The position numbers and the translations under genes were made by a program. From the IMG/VR virus record IMGVR_UViG_3300037042_006844, positions 239,565 through 303,564 of that record: a stretch of 64,000 bases of DNA. One strand, written 5' to 3'. Shown one piece after another: positions 47,919 through 57,622 of the stretch. Under the pieces are notes generated by a model. The model was not told where the DNA came from. It searched no databases and saw nothing but the letters and a program-made list of their open reading frames with translations. Each line of letters opens with the position of its first letter. Within the stretch, counting starts at the first letter, position 1.

Positions 47919-49900
47919 GGTGTTGTCGTTGAATCTGGATCATTGATGGGTTCTTCAACTGGAACATCAATAGCTGCTCCAGAGTTTGGCATTTGCCAAA
48001 CCCACTGACCTTCAGCATGACCTTCGAAACCCAGCCAGTCTGTAAATGTCGTCCATCCTTGCAAAGTGACTTCTTTCAAAAATCTTCCAATTTTGATGAT
48101 GGATTCGTAAATGCTTTGCAGACCGGATTTTACATCCTCCCACAACTCCATAAAGAAATTTTTGAGTTCTCCAGACAAAGATTTGATTCTGTTCCAAACG
48201 TCACCAAAATATTTTGTGATACTGGCTCCCATTTGATTGATTACGTCCATTGCACCCTCATCAAGCTGGTTTTCTCCGATATACTCTTTCATTTTGGATT
48301 TGATATCACCTCTGATCGAAATACCTCTGGTTCCACCACGGTTCGAAAACCTAAACGAAATGTTTTTATCATTCGCTTTGATAAAATCCATCACCGTATA
48401 CATGTGAAAATTCCCTCCGCACATCCAAGTCATCATATGGTCTGCAACGCAATCTGGCGGTTCAGACGAAGATGCGAATCGACGCTTTCCAGTGGCAAGT
48501 TCTTCGATGATCAAAGTTCGACGGGGTTGTTGAACAAACAAGCTGTTCAGCTTCAACATAATTTTTGTCACATCAACTGGAATATCGCCACCCTCAACGA
48601 AATCTATATTCTTGCGAATAATCTTTTTTACATCTTCGGCTTGTTTTTTGATGTCATCGATTGATGCCTGACCTTTAATAGCCGATGTCAACGCTTTGTT
48701 TAGCGTTTCTTTGGCTTCATCTTGCAGAGAGATGTAATAGCCTTTTTCCAGACCGTGCATGATAAACGAAGAGACCTCATCCATAACCGCTTGGGACTCG
48801 TTTGTTTCTTTCAGCACAGAGGACACTACCGAATTGATTTCTGCATTTTGTGCGCTGCAAATTTGTGCAGCTTTGTCTTTCAAACTAGCTTTGACTTTGG
48901 AGCCTTTACCATAAAAAATCAAATCCGTTTTGGATGTGCCTTTTATGTTGGCAAAAATTGGATTGGTAATTCGGCATTCCAAGTTACCCAGTAATTTTGA
49001 ACTGACTACTCCGAATTTCGATTTCAGTCCGTCCACAATAATTTGAGCGGTTCTATCGCCAGTATTCTGTCCACCAAACTCTTGGTCAATGTGAATTTCC
49101 ATTTGCTGGGCGTTACATTCCATATTGGCGACGACTTTATCATTATTAGCCGCCTTTTTTTCTGGTGGCTTTTCTTTAGTAGACTTTTCTGCCGACGGTT
49201 TGGGATTCTTTCGCCTCATGGGAGCACCACGCTCTGCTTGAATTGTGACGCTACCAGTGGATTCATCGTAAATCTGCTCGCCCACCAACTTGCCATCGGA
49301 ATCAAACCAATCAAAACCTCGATTGACATATCCCAAAGAAACTGCCTCATCAATGCTGAAATTCACCAATGGCATATCGCCAGTGAGCATCGACTTCACT
49401 GCTTGAGCGTCTTGAACTTTATCCTTTGCGGAGCGATTATCATCCGCATCGTCCCCAGCAATTTTTTTGTTCAGTTCTTGGTCGAGAGAGACTGTGCCAG
49501 TTTTGGTGGCATCGGCGGGATTTTCTTCAGCGCCTGGCTCGGCGGGTTTTGCTACATCGGCGGTTGCGAGTCCTCCAGCATCATCTGGTGAAAATAAAGT
49601 CCCCGTGTTCTTTTTTGGGTTCTCCGCAAAATGAGTGCCTTTGTCAACAGCGCGGTCTCGGTAGTCTTTGCTAGGAAAGGTTACGAGAATGCCATCTTTA
49701 TTGTATGCTTGACGGTCTGGGAAACGACCCGCTTCAAACAATTTAGCGGTTTTGTCAAGAATTTCGTCCAACGAATAACCCGCCTTTTCCAAATACTCCT
49801 GTAGAATAAAAACATGATCGGCGTTTTCTAGACGAAATACACCATCTCTGATTCTAGCGTCACAGCAAACGTCATTTATAATCGACTTAAATTTCATCAA
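47915..49900 (-). CDS. Large hypothetical protein, possible PD-(D/E)XK-like middle domain
   Basis: 661 aa; SKTDL...ASLK; ATATTTATA upstream. Confidence 0.55.
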   Translation of the reverse strand: MMKFKSIINDVCCDARIRDGVFRLENADHVFILQEYLEKAGYSLDEILDKTAKLFEAGRFPDRQAYNKDGILVTFPSKDYRDRAVDKGTHFAENPKKNTGTLFSPDDAGGLATADVAKPAEPGAEENPADATKTGTVSLDQELNKKIAGDDADDNRSAKDKVQDAQAVKSMLTGDMPLVNFSIDEAVSLGYVNRGFDWFDSDGKLVGEQIYDESTGSVTIQAERGAPMRRKNPKPSAEKSTKEKPPEKKAANNDKVVANMECNAQQMEIHIDQEFGGQNTGDRTAQIIVDGLKSKFGVVSSKLLGNLECRITNPIFANIKGTSKTDLIFYGKGSKVKASLKDKAAQICSAQNAEINSVVSSVLKETNESQAVMDEVSSFIMHGLEKGYYISLQDEAKETLNKALTSAIKGQASIDDIKKQAEDVKKIIRKNIDFVEGGDIPVDVTKIMLKLNSLFVQQPRRTLIIEELATGKRRFASSSEPPDCVADHMMTWMCGGNFHMYTVMDFIKANDKNISFRFSNRGGTRGISIRGDIKSKMKEYIGENQLDEGAMDVINQMGASITKYFGDVWNRIKSLSGELKNFFMELWEDVKSGLQSIYESIIKIGRFLKEVTLQGWTTFTDWLGFEGHAEGQWVWQMPNSGAAIDVPVEEPINDPDSTTTP

Positions 49901-49918
49901 TTATAAATATGAAAGACT

Positions 49919-51205
49919 TCACACTAACTGCAAATCATTGTAACTTTTTCCCACGTAAACCTTAACCTTGAACTTGTTGTTGCGAATAATACCAACAATG
50001 TCGTTAATTTCGGACTGGGTAACACTGTCAGCGATGTCAAACAGAATGCTGTCGTAAATGTATAAAATCGGTGTAATTGGTTTGCCCGTCGAATATTTTA
50101 GGCAATTGCTCAAACTGTTCAATCCATACTCGGTTTCAGCAGCTTGAATGATGTATGCGAACAACTTGTTTTTGTTGGGATCGGAAATGTGTTCTTTGGT
50201 AATTTTGCGTTTATAGACTGGGGTTTTCACATATCCTTTGTCCAAAAACGTAGCCCAATATTTGTCTTTCAGTTTATCAGTTTGCTCAAAATACGGAATG
50301 TGAATATGCTGGCTGGAAATCTGTCCATACAAATTGATCATTGTCAGTTTTTTGGCTTTACCCAACAATTCCTTACTTACTGTCTCAACATTGTAATATT
50401 GCTTTGCCAAGTGCTCATAAACCGTTTCATCGTCTGGAACTTTATACCCAATTAAATTGGCGACGATATAAGGATGAAACCCAGTGAAATCGACCATCAA
50501 CAATTTTCCGTTGGAATATCGCGAGGTGAAACTGGCTCGGCACCCATCCTCTTTATTGAGAGCTACATAATTAACACCGTCAAATTTATTGCTGGGGCGA
50601 CCAGTTGGATTGTAAATATTGTATTCACTGAACACTTTGTTATCCACGATTCTCACATCAAAAAACTTCGTGAATATATCTGAATCAACATGCAGACCGA
50701 CTCGTTCCACTTCAAACAAAGTATCAGTTACCACGTTGTTAAAAAATTTGTAGCAATATGTTTCAGTTTTTTCGAGGTCGTAATTTTTTATATACTCAAC
50801 CTCTGTGTCAAACTCTGTTTGATGAATCGCAAACGGAGTAATCATTCCCATGCGATTCACGTTGCTGTGAGCTATATGTGAGCGCGTTGTAAACGCATGT
50901 TTTGGCACTTCTATAATATCGCCATCTTTTAAGAATTGAAACAGATTGAGATCATACAAAGCGAACTCTGGCAACTGGTATTTGTTGCGCTTTTTGTTGA
51001 TTACGTAAACCTTTTTTCCAGTTATGATGTTTTTGAATTCATCCCAAGAACAATTGGGAACAATATCTGGATGAGAAAAATTGCAATATATCGACTGTTG
51101 GGTGTCGAGTTCATAAACAAAAGCGGCAATAACCACATCTTGAGACGGATGAATATGTCCGTCCTGCAAAACAAGTTTGAGGTATATTTTTCGCTGTTCT
51201 ATCAC
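49919..51205 (-). CDS. Family A DNA polymerase-like protein (short, divergent)
   Basis: TGRPS, VDFTGFHP (motif A), AKKLT..LYG (motif B), YIIQAAE, IYDSILFD (motif C); GTG start 6 nt after TTGACT-N16-TACACT. Confidence 0.78.
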   Translation of the reverse strand: MIEQRKIYLKLVLQDGHIHPSQDVVIAAFVYELDTQQSIYCNFSHPDIVPNCSWDEFKNIITGKKVYVINKKRNKYQLPEFALYDLNLFQFLKDGDIIEVPKHAFTTRSHIAHSNVNRMGMITPFAIHQTEFDTEVEYIKNYDLEKTETYCYKFFNNVVTDTLFEVERVGLHVDSDIFTKFFDVRIVDNKVFSEYNIYNPTGRPSNKFDGVNYVALNKEDGCRASFTSRYSNGKLLMVDFTGFHPYIVANLIGYKVPDDETVYEHLAKQYYNVETVSKELLGKAKKLTMINLYGQISSQHIHIPYFEQTDKLKDKYWATFLDKGYVKTPVYKRKITKEHISDPNKNKLFAYIIQAAETEYGLNSLSNCLKYSTGKPITPILYIYDSILFDIADSVTQSEINDIVGIIRNNKFKVKVYVGKSYNDLQLV

Positions 51206-51244
51206 AGCTTGAGTGTAACTCAAACTATTCGGAAGTCAACCTGC

Positions 51245-51631
51245 TCAATATCCGCGCCAAAACTGCAATGGATTTGTCAACACGTTTTCAATCCCCGGCA
51301 TCGTTTTTTTAAGATTGGAAATTTGCAAACGATTGAACTCCTCCACCCCAGACTCCACGAGCATAGAGCCTTTACGTAGATTATTTTTGATCCCACTGAT
51401 TTGCCATTTCAATTCGCCTTTGATAAAAAAACCATCATCGGTGGCTGAATAATCTCTTGCGTTGGTTTCTATGATTTGATTTTGGTTACGCTTGGTGACA
51501 AAATATCGTGACATGAACCCGACCTCATACATATTTGGGCTTGGAGTGGGCAAATATGTGGCCGGTATCAGAAACGAGAAATTATCCAGCCCCAATCTAT
51601 ATTTCAATTTTGGATCGGTATTGAGAATCAT
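51245..51631 (-). CDS. Hypothetical tail/baseplate-module protein
   Basis: Coupled to upstream structural gene. Confidence 0.55.
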   Translation of the reverse strand: MILNTDPKLKYRLGLDNFSFLIPATYLPTPSPNMYEVGFMSRYFVTKRNQNQIIETNARDYSATDDGFFIKGELKWQISGIKNNLRKGSMLVESGVEEFNRLQISNLKKTMPGIENVLTNPLQFWRGY

Positions 51632-54600
51632 ATTGTTGTGTATTTAAGATTTCGTCCGCCAGTGGTTTTCAACATCGCGGTCACAATGGTTTCCCATTTA
51701 CCAGCATTGAGTTGATGCTCCACTTCACTGATCATAAATATGACGTTACCAGGAACATATGGTTTTGGCAAATTCGAAATCGCAAAATGTTGAAACATTC
51801 TAAACCCGAAAATACCGTCGAGTGACATCGTTATTGTAAAATTGTCAGCTGGACCAGCATAACGAGCAGTGTTGTTCTGCAAGTCTCCATCATCCAACAT
51901 TTCTCGCAATTTTGGCTTCAACGTGGGAGGTAGATTTAGATAAACCCAACCGAAATAATTTTCAGTTCCTGGTGGGATTGGACCGTATGGGTCTTCATCG
52001 GGCTTCATGGCTCTGATACGCATCACCAACACTTCTTGGTCTTGCTTGCCTTGTGTTTGTAGCTGGCGTATTTCTTCATTTTTATCCATCAATGGACCGT
52101 GCGGCACACCTTTGTCGTGCTCAACGGGTGCCGCATCATTTTCTTTTGCGAGCTTTGCTTCGGAAGCCAATTGGTTGATTTTTTCTCTGACCAATTTTTT
52201 CAATTCTTCATCGTCGAACCGATCCACATAAGAAACAGCTGGAACACCACGACCAATTTGGGTGATCTTCTCAATTTTTTCGGCTGTATTTAGTTTGGTA
52301 TCACCAGCAACTTCGGTTATCTGTCCCGCTGCTGTTGCTGCATTCTGACCACTTCCATACAATACTTGATTGACTTGATCGTTGGTCATGGTCACATCAA
52401 AATTGATTTTTTTGATCACGTTGGAAGTTGACCCGAGTTCGAACTGATAAATTGGTGTTCCTTCCGATACCGTGATGTTTTTATCAATGATGGACAATCC
52501 GCCCAAAGGATTGTTGACCACTTCAAAATTCCAAAAATTGTCAACCGATTCATTGATCGTGTTCAAAATTTTATTGACCATTTGCTGCAATGTTTTGATC
52601 GAGCCATCCTTGCCAATTTCGATCAACTTGCTTTTACTCATGTAAATGTGTTTGAAATAGCCGTGATAATATCCACGATACTGTCTTGGTCCCAGAGTTT
52701 TTGTTTCTTTGAACGGAAACGCCGCCGATGCTGCTTTCTTGCCTCCACGCATGTAATACAGTTTGTTGATGAGCATATCCAAATCATCACGAACGGCTCC
52801 CAATGTTTTGAATGTGTTTCTTGCTTTACGGGCTGCTTTCCAAATTGAAAACGACTGCGTTTTGTTTGGATTGTTTCCAGACTCTTTTTCAGCTTTTTCG
52901 CCAGCAGTAATCTCATGATTGAGATTCTTGCCATAATATTGCAACAAAAACGAATTGTTGGCTGCATCGATTGCTTCCAAATAACCATCTCTAGGCTTTG
53001 GACCGTTTGGATTCGGTGTTCTTCCAATGTTGACTTTTGGAGCAATGGAATTTGGGATCAGCACATTCTTGTCACAAGAAATTAGGTTGGGGTGAGCACT
53101 CACAACAAAATCCGAAATATCGATCCTATTATTGTTGGTCGTTTTTTCAGAACAGAAAAGATTGATCAACTCAAAAACAAAATCCATCTGGAACCACACT
53201 TCATCGTTGCCGCTATCATTGTAATCGAAATCCACATCTTTGTCGGCAAATGAAACAATCTTTCGACCTGCGAATGTCGGTTCGGTTGCGGCTCCATATT
53301 GGATCGCTGGCTTGGTTGACGGCTCCACCATGCTTTGAGTCAATGCGTCTTCTTGAGATTTGGAAAAATTCGACGCAATTGCCATTAAACCTTGGACGGA
53401 TTTTTTCACTATAGTGTCTGCTGTGCTGGCTTGTTGCGGCAGTTTGTATGCTCCATAAACATCCTCATATCTTCCCATGAAAATTCGGTTTTCCATTTTG
53501 CCATTGTAAAAAACCTTTCCTGGGTTTTTCGTATTGGCCGGGGCTTTCATTATGGCAGCAATCGCTTCGCTTTTTTCTTTGCTTTGAGCCTCTTTTTTAT
53601 TTGATGACAATAAACGCTCGGCGTTTTTGATAATATAGTCGATGAAATTACCATTGTCCTTCACCACTTGTTTGATGAACGAAAGATATGTGACGAGGCA
53701 CTCTTTCAAATTAATATATTCGGTGGTGCTACCGTCTTTGTTTTCTGTGACCGTTGGGTTGTCAACTCTAAATCCAGAATACATCGCTTGTCTAGAAATG
53801 AGTTCAGTATTACAATTGTATACAAATCCATCTTCAGTTGAAAAATTGTATTTGCTGATGATACCAGTTATAAGCCCATAATTACCCAAAGATTCGTAAT
53901 AACGGTTCAATGCCAATTCTGGGCGTTGAATCAGTTCCCAACATTTTTCTTTGTTGTTGAAATCCAACAGAGAATCGTTGTTGAACAAATTCCAACCGAT
54001 TTCCAGAAATACATTGATTTTTGGACTCAGCCAAAACGGCATCATATATTCCAACTGAGCAAGACTGTAGCATTTCCACTGAATCGTGGCATTGCTCATC
54101 ATATCTCTGTTGGTTTTGATCGATACTGATGTGATACCTGGGGGAGGCAACACAGACGGCACGACTGAATTTTGCGGAAACTGTGGATTGTTTTCTTGGT
54201 TGTTATACCAAGTCAGCGATCTATATTTTGGGTCAATATAATGTGGCTGACCATCGGCTTGATATCCAATAATGGCTCGGTCTTCTGACAATACTCCATT
54301 TTTTTGTTGAAAGCCATATGCGTTTGCAAAGCCCTCTCCACCTTGCAGCAAAAATCCTTTGTAGATCGGCATTTTCCCGTCTTTGAAAAGATAGCTGCTC
54401 ATTGGCACCGCTGGATTGATAATGTTCCCCGTGCCGTTGGAAAATGCTCGAACCCAAGGAGTCATTGGACCTTTGTATTTTGCGTGGTCCACTGGAAAAT
54501 TGAAAGTTGCTTGTGTGGTGCCAAACTGTCCAATATTGTTGGTATTGCTTCTGCGTCTCAATTCTCGCACTAACTGCCAGGGAATGTTTTGAGCCTCCCA

Positions 54601-54681
54601 CCAACGAATTTCTTCAACGATATCGTTTCGGTCTGGCGTTGCCCACGTTGGAACTTTGCTCACATCAATCTCTTTTGCCAT
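51628..54681 (-). CDS. Putative baseplate hub-like structural protein
   Basis: 1017 aa; C-terminal 'FMISEVEHQLNAGKWETIV' hub-like ending; module position. Confidence 0.6.
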   Translation of the reverse strand: MAKEIDVSKVPTWATPDRNDIVEEIRWWEAQNIPWQLVRELRRRSNTNNIGQFGTTQATFNFPVDHAKYKGPMTPWVRAFSNGTGNIINPAVPMSSYLFKDGKMPIYKGFLLQGGEGFANAYGFQQKNGVLSEDRAIIGYQADGQPHYIDPKYRSLTWYNNQENNPQFPQNSVVPSVLPPPGITSVSIKTNRDMMSNATIQWKCYSLAQLEYMMPFWLSPKINVFLEIGWNLFNNDSLLDFNNKEKCWELIQRPELALNRYYESLGNYGLITGIISKYNFSTEDGFVYNCNTELISRQAMYSGFRVDNPTVTENKDGSTTEYINLKECLVTYLSFIKQVVKDNGNFIDYIIKNAERLLSSNKKEAQSKEKSEAIAAIMKAPANTKNPGKVFYNGKMENRIFMGRYEDVYGAYKLPQQASTADTIVKKSVQGLMAIASNFSKSQEDALTQSMVEPSTKPAIQYGAATEPTFAGRKIVSFADKDVDFDYNDSGNDEVWFQMDFVFELINLFCSEKTTNNNRIDISDFVVSAHPNLISCDKNVLIPNSIAPKVNIGRTPNPNGPKPRDGYLEAIDAANNSFLLQYYGKNLNHEITAGEKAEKESGNNPNKTQSFSIWKAARKARNTFKTLGAVRDDLDMLINKLYYMRGGKKAASAAFPFKETKTLGPRQYRGYYHGYFKHIYMSKSKLIEIGKDGSIKTLQQMVNKILNTINESVDNFWNFEVVNNPLGGLSIIDKNITVSEGTPIYQFELGSTSNVIKKINFDVTMTNDQVNQVLYGSGQNAATAAGQITEVAGDTKLNTAEKIEKITQIGRGVPAVSYVDRFDDEELKKLVREKINQLASEAKLAKENDAAPVEHDKGVPHGPLMDKNEEIRQLQTQGKQDQEVLVMRIRAMKPDEDPYGPIPPGTENYFGWVYLNLPPTLKPKLREMLDDGDLQNNTARYAGPADNFTITMSLDGIFGFRMFQHFAISNLPKPYVPGNVIFMISEVEHQLNAGKWETIVTAMLKTTGGRNLKYTTI

Positions 54682-54692
54682 AAAACAGTTTT

Positions 54693-55010
54693 TTAAGAAT
54701 TGGCTGCTTTCAAACGTCGCATAATCTCTGGTAAATTTCCAGGGATGCGCAACTGTTTGCCTACAGGTATCGATAACTTGCCCTTGCCAATGTTATTGGC
54801 ATTGGCTATAATCCAATAATATCCCTCATCACCATAATACGTTTTTGCCAAACTGTCAAGATAATCTTGCTCACTCGCAATAATGTAAATATCGGATGGG
54901 TCGGTTGGGATGACTGGATAATAAGTGGTTTGATACACTCTACTACCGTCGAACCGTTTTTCAATTGGTGTATACTGATATCTCATATTTGTTATTGTCC
55001 CATGCCCCAC
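54693..55010 (-). CDS. LysM-like baseplate protein (gp53/tail X-like)
   Basis: DYLDSLAKTYYGD..YYWIIANAN...QLRIP. Confidence 0.8.
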   Translation of the reverse strand: MGHGTITNMRYQYTPIEKRFDGSRVYQTTYYPVIPTDPSDIYIIASEQDYLDSLAKTYYGDEGYYWIIANANNIGKGKLSIPVGKQLRIPGNLPEIMRRLKAANS

Positions 55011-57604
55011 ACTTCTCTATCGGCTGATACTCCTAGCCCTCCTGTCTGTTGAATTTGTGGACTGTAATCGATACGGTTTTTAGGGTTGGTATCAGGATCG
55101 CCTCCCAGCATCGCATCGTTATCATAACGAATCTTTGTGGAGAAAGTTTTGGGACGTTTCAATGAAGTATTTCCAGATTCTCCCGGTAAATATCCATACA
55201 CATCAAGCCCATTGTCATTCACGACTGGAGCATCTCCCCAGATTGCTCTGCCAGTTTTTGGGCGATCCTTCTCAAGCACATTCATTTCAATTTGAATGTC
55301 TGCCGTTCTTGGAAATTGTGCAAACCGTCCCTCAGAACTAGCTCGATTTGAATTACCGTCATTCGAAAGAATACTTGTCAACAAAGTATTTTCATCTTCC
55401 CATGAAATTTTAGCTCGGGGACCATAACTCCAAATTTTTGCTTCTTCTGGCATCGTTTCCCAACTAGCCTCATCTGGAATACTTACATTACAACTATTGA
55501 TCACCACGTTGTGATTTTTGTAAAAATCGCCCAATGTCAATTGCACCATCGGACTGATCATAAAACCTCCGGCTGCTTGCATAGTATAATTTGCTGGGCG
55601 AGTCAAACCAACAAGATAGTTGATTCTACTCCACATCGGCATCAACTCTTTGATACTATGTGCGTTGACTGTGAAATTGAAACTCACACTACGAGTGAAC
55701 CCTTTGTAATAATATAGCTTGTCAGGACGACCCAAATATTCAATCGACTCCCACTGTGCTTGATTGTTGTCGGTCAAACTTTTTACTGTGGCATTGAACG
55801 GAATGTAATTTTTATTGACTATATCATAAAAAAAGAATTTGATGATATCGGGACCATAAACGCCATAAGTGTCGGTTTCTGAATACAACGTTTTGAACTG
55901 ACCGATACTCAATACTTCCAACGCATTGACGTAATCAACATCGTTTGTAGGACGAATGAATCGAGCATTTTTTCCGACGCGAAGAGGAAAATTAGCTAAC
56001 TCATCATTTACAGTGGCTCTACCATCTACATATTTAAGATAATTAATATTATCAATAACTTCGTCCATGCCCACTTTGTCAGTGCCATACTTGGCAAACT
56101 GAATCGGTGCGAGCATTTCTTTATTCACGGAATATTTTGGGTTCGAACTTTCAAACCCGCCAATATTGGATGCCAGAATATTATTTCTGATTTCTATCGC
56201 TTGAGCTTCTCTGCTCTGCGGATCACTGAACTGATCTTTGAAATCTTTTACATTTTGGACCAAAACTTTATAATTGAAAAGTTGATCACTTCGCTCTGTA
56301 TCCTTCTCATTTCCAAATGACGACCCAACGACTGCGCCATATTTAAGCGTTCCGTCTTTAGCAAGGTCTTTGATATTACCAACTGTTATCGAGGTATCTG
56401 TTGCCAATGAAACTCCATCGTCAACCAAAATACCAACTTGATTTGATTGGAATGTTGCAACCGATGCAACACTTGGCGCATAGTAATTTCCGTTGATGAT
56501 CAAACGACTATAATCTGGTGGGTTTTTGCTTTTATTATAGAACCGCTGCGGAACCGCAAGCGAATAACTAGCTTTCTTGCCAAACCCAATTGAATTTAAC
56601 AAACCGCTTACGATTCCAGCTTTGGCTCCAGCAGGAGATGTTTGACTAAACATTTTGCCAGAGTTCAGCATCATGTCGTAGGTTTCTTCGTCGGCACGAT
56701 AATTTGCAGCCCAAGGTTGCTTTGGTGGAAGAATGCCGCCAAGAAGAGTTTTATTTTGAATGAACTTACCCGCCGCTGTGAGCAGCTTGCTAAAAAATCC
56801 TCCTCCACCACCACTATTGATCCAACGACTGTATCGTGGCGCATTGTATGCATTTGTGGCAGTATTACCACGCAGCAAATCTTTGACATCGTTACGAGCA
56901 ATTGATGTGACCACCTCATCGGAACGATCTCCACCTCCAATTAAACTACTAAACGTGCCAGTATTGATTCCCAAAAATCCACCCGGGCGGCTTGCTGTGC
57001 TTGCCACAGAACTGCGTGGCGGAGGAGGCACGGGTGGTCCACCCCCAAGAAAACCTCCGATTGTCGAAACAACACTGCCCAAACCCATGCTGTTCACAAG
57101 ACCACCAATAATATTGCTAGTATCCAAATGGCGAGTGGGCGAATCGAGCAAACCAAATGATGCTGGCTTGAGCGCGGCAATCAGTGGTGAAGCCGGATTG
57201 TAAACCTTAGTTTCATCAAAAGCTTGGTATCCTTGTAAAATCAATTGTTTGCCAATGAACTGAAAACCTTTGTTTGACCCCAAATATTTGCGCACCAAAT
57301 TTGCATCTTGAGCAGCAGATGACATCATGGTGTTGGCTTTGCTTTTCTGGCCCTGATTTGGGTTTTTGTAATCGAAACGATGTTTTAATACATTGGAAAG
57401 ACCAACATCTTCTGGTTTGTTGACGCTATACAACTTCTCCGCATTACCGTTATTGGAAAACAATGCTTCGATCTTACCAGGGGATCTGATATTAATAAAA
57501 TTGCCAGACGGCAGTGACAAACCCGACCCTTGCACTTGTGACAGTGTAGTTACTTGTTCTCCACCGGACGTAAAGCCCTCAACGAATGTATTGCTATTTG
57601 CCAT
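54992..57604 (-). CDS. Putative baseplate/tail-tube initiator-like protein
   Basis: C-terminal W..IEYLGRPD..Y.YKGFTRSVSFNF...P..QLTLGD pattern. Confidence 0.6.
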   Translation of the reverse strand: MANSNTFVEGFTSGGEQVTTLSQVQGSGLSLPSGNFINIRSPGKIEALFSNNGNAEKLYSVNKPEDVGLSNVLKHRFDYKNPNQGQKSKANTMMSSAAQDANLVRKYLGSNKGFQFIGKQLILQGYQAFDETKVYNPASPLIAALKPASFGLLDSPTRHLDTSNIIGGLVNSMGLGSVVSTIGGFLGGGPPVPPPPRSSVASTASRPGGFLGINTGTFSSLIGGGDRSDEVVTSIARNDVKDLLRGNTATNAYNAPRYSRWINSGGGGGFFSKLLTAAGKFIQNKTLLGGILPPKQPWAANYRADEETYDMMLNSGKMFSQTSPAGAKAGIVSGLLNSIGFGKKASYSLAVPQRFYNKSKNPPDYSRLIINGNYYAPSVASVATFQSNQVGILVDDGVSLATDTSITVGNIKDLAKDGTLKYGAVVGSSFGNEKDTERSDQLFNYKVLVQNVKDFKDQFSDPQSREAQAIEIRNNILASNIGGFESSNPKYSVNKEMLAPIQFAKYGTDKVGMDEVIDNINYLKYVDGRATVNDELANFPLRVGKNARFIRPTNDVDYVNALEVLSIGQFKTLYSETDTYGVYGPDIIKFFFYDIVNKNYIPFNATVKSLTDNNQAQWESIEYLGRPDKLYYYKGFTRSVSFNFTVNAHSIKELMPMWSRINYLVGLTRPANYTMQAAGGFMISPMVQLTLGDFYKNHNVVINSCNVSIPDEASWETMPEEAKIWSYGPRAKISWEDENTLLTSILSNDGNSNRASSEGRFAQFPRTADIQIEMNVLEKDRPKTGRAIWGDAPVVNDNGLDVYGYLPGESGNTSLKRPKTFSTKIRYDNDAMLGGDPDTNPKNRIDYSPQIQQTGGLGVSADREVWGMGQ

Positions 57605-57622
57605 TGTATATAAATAGAGATA

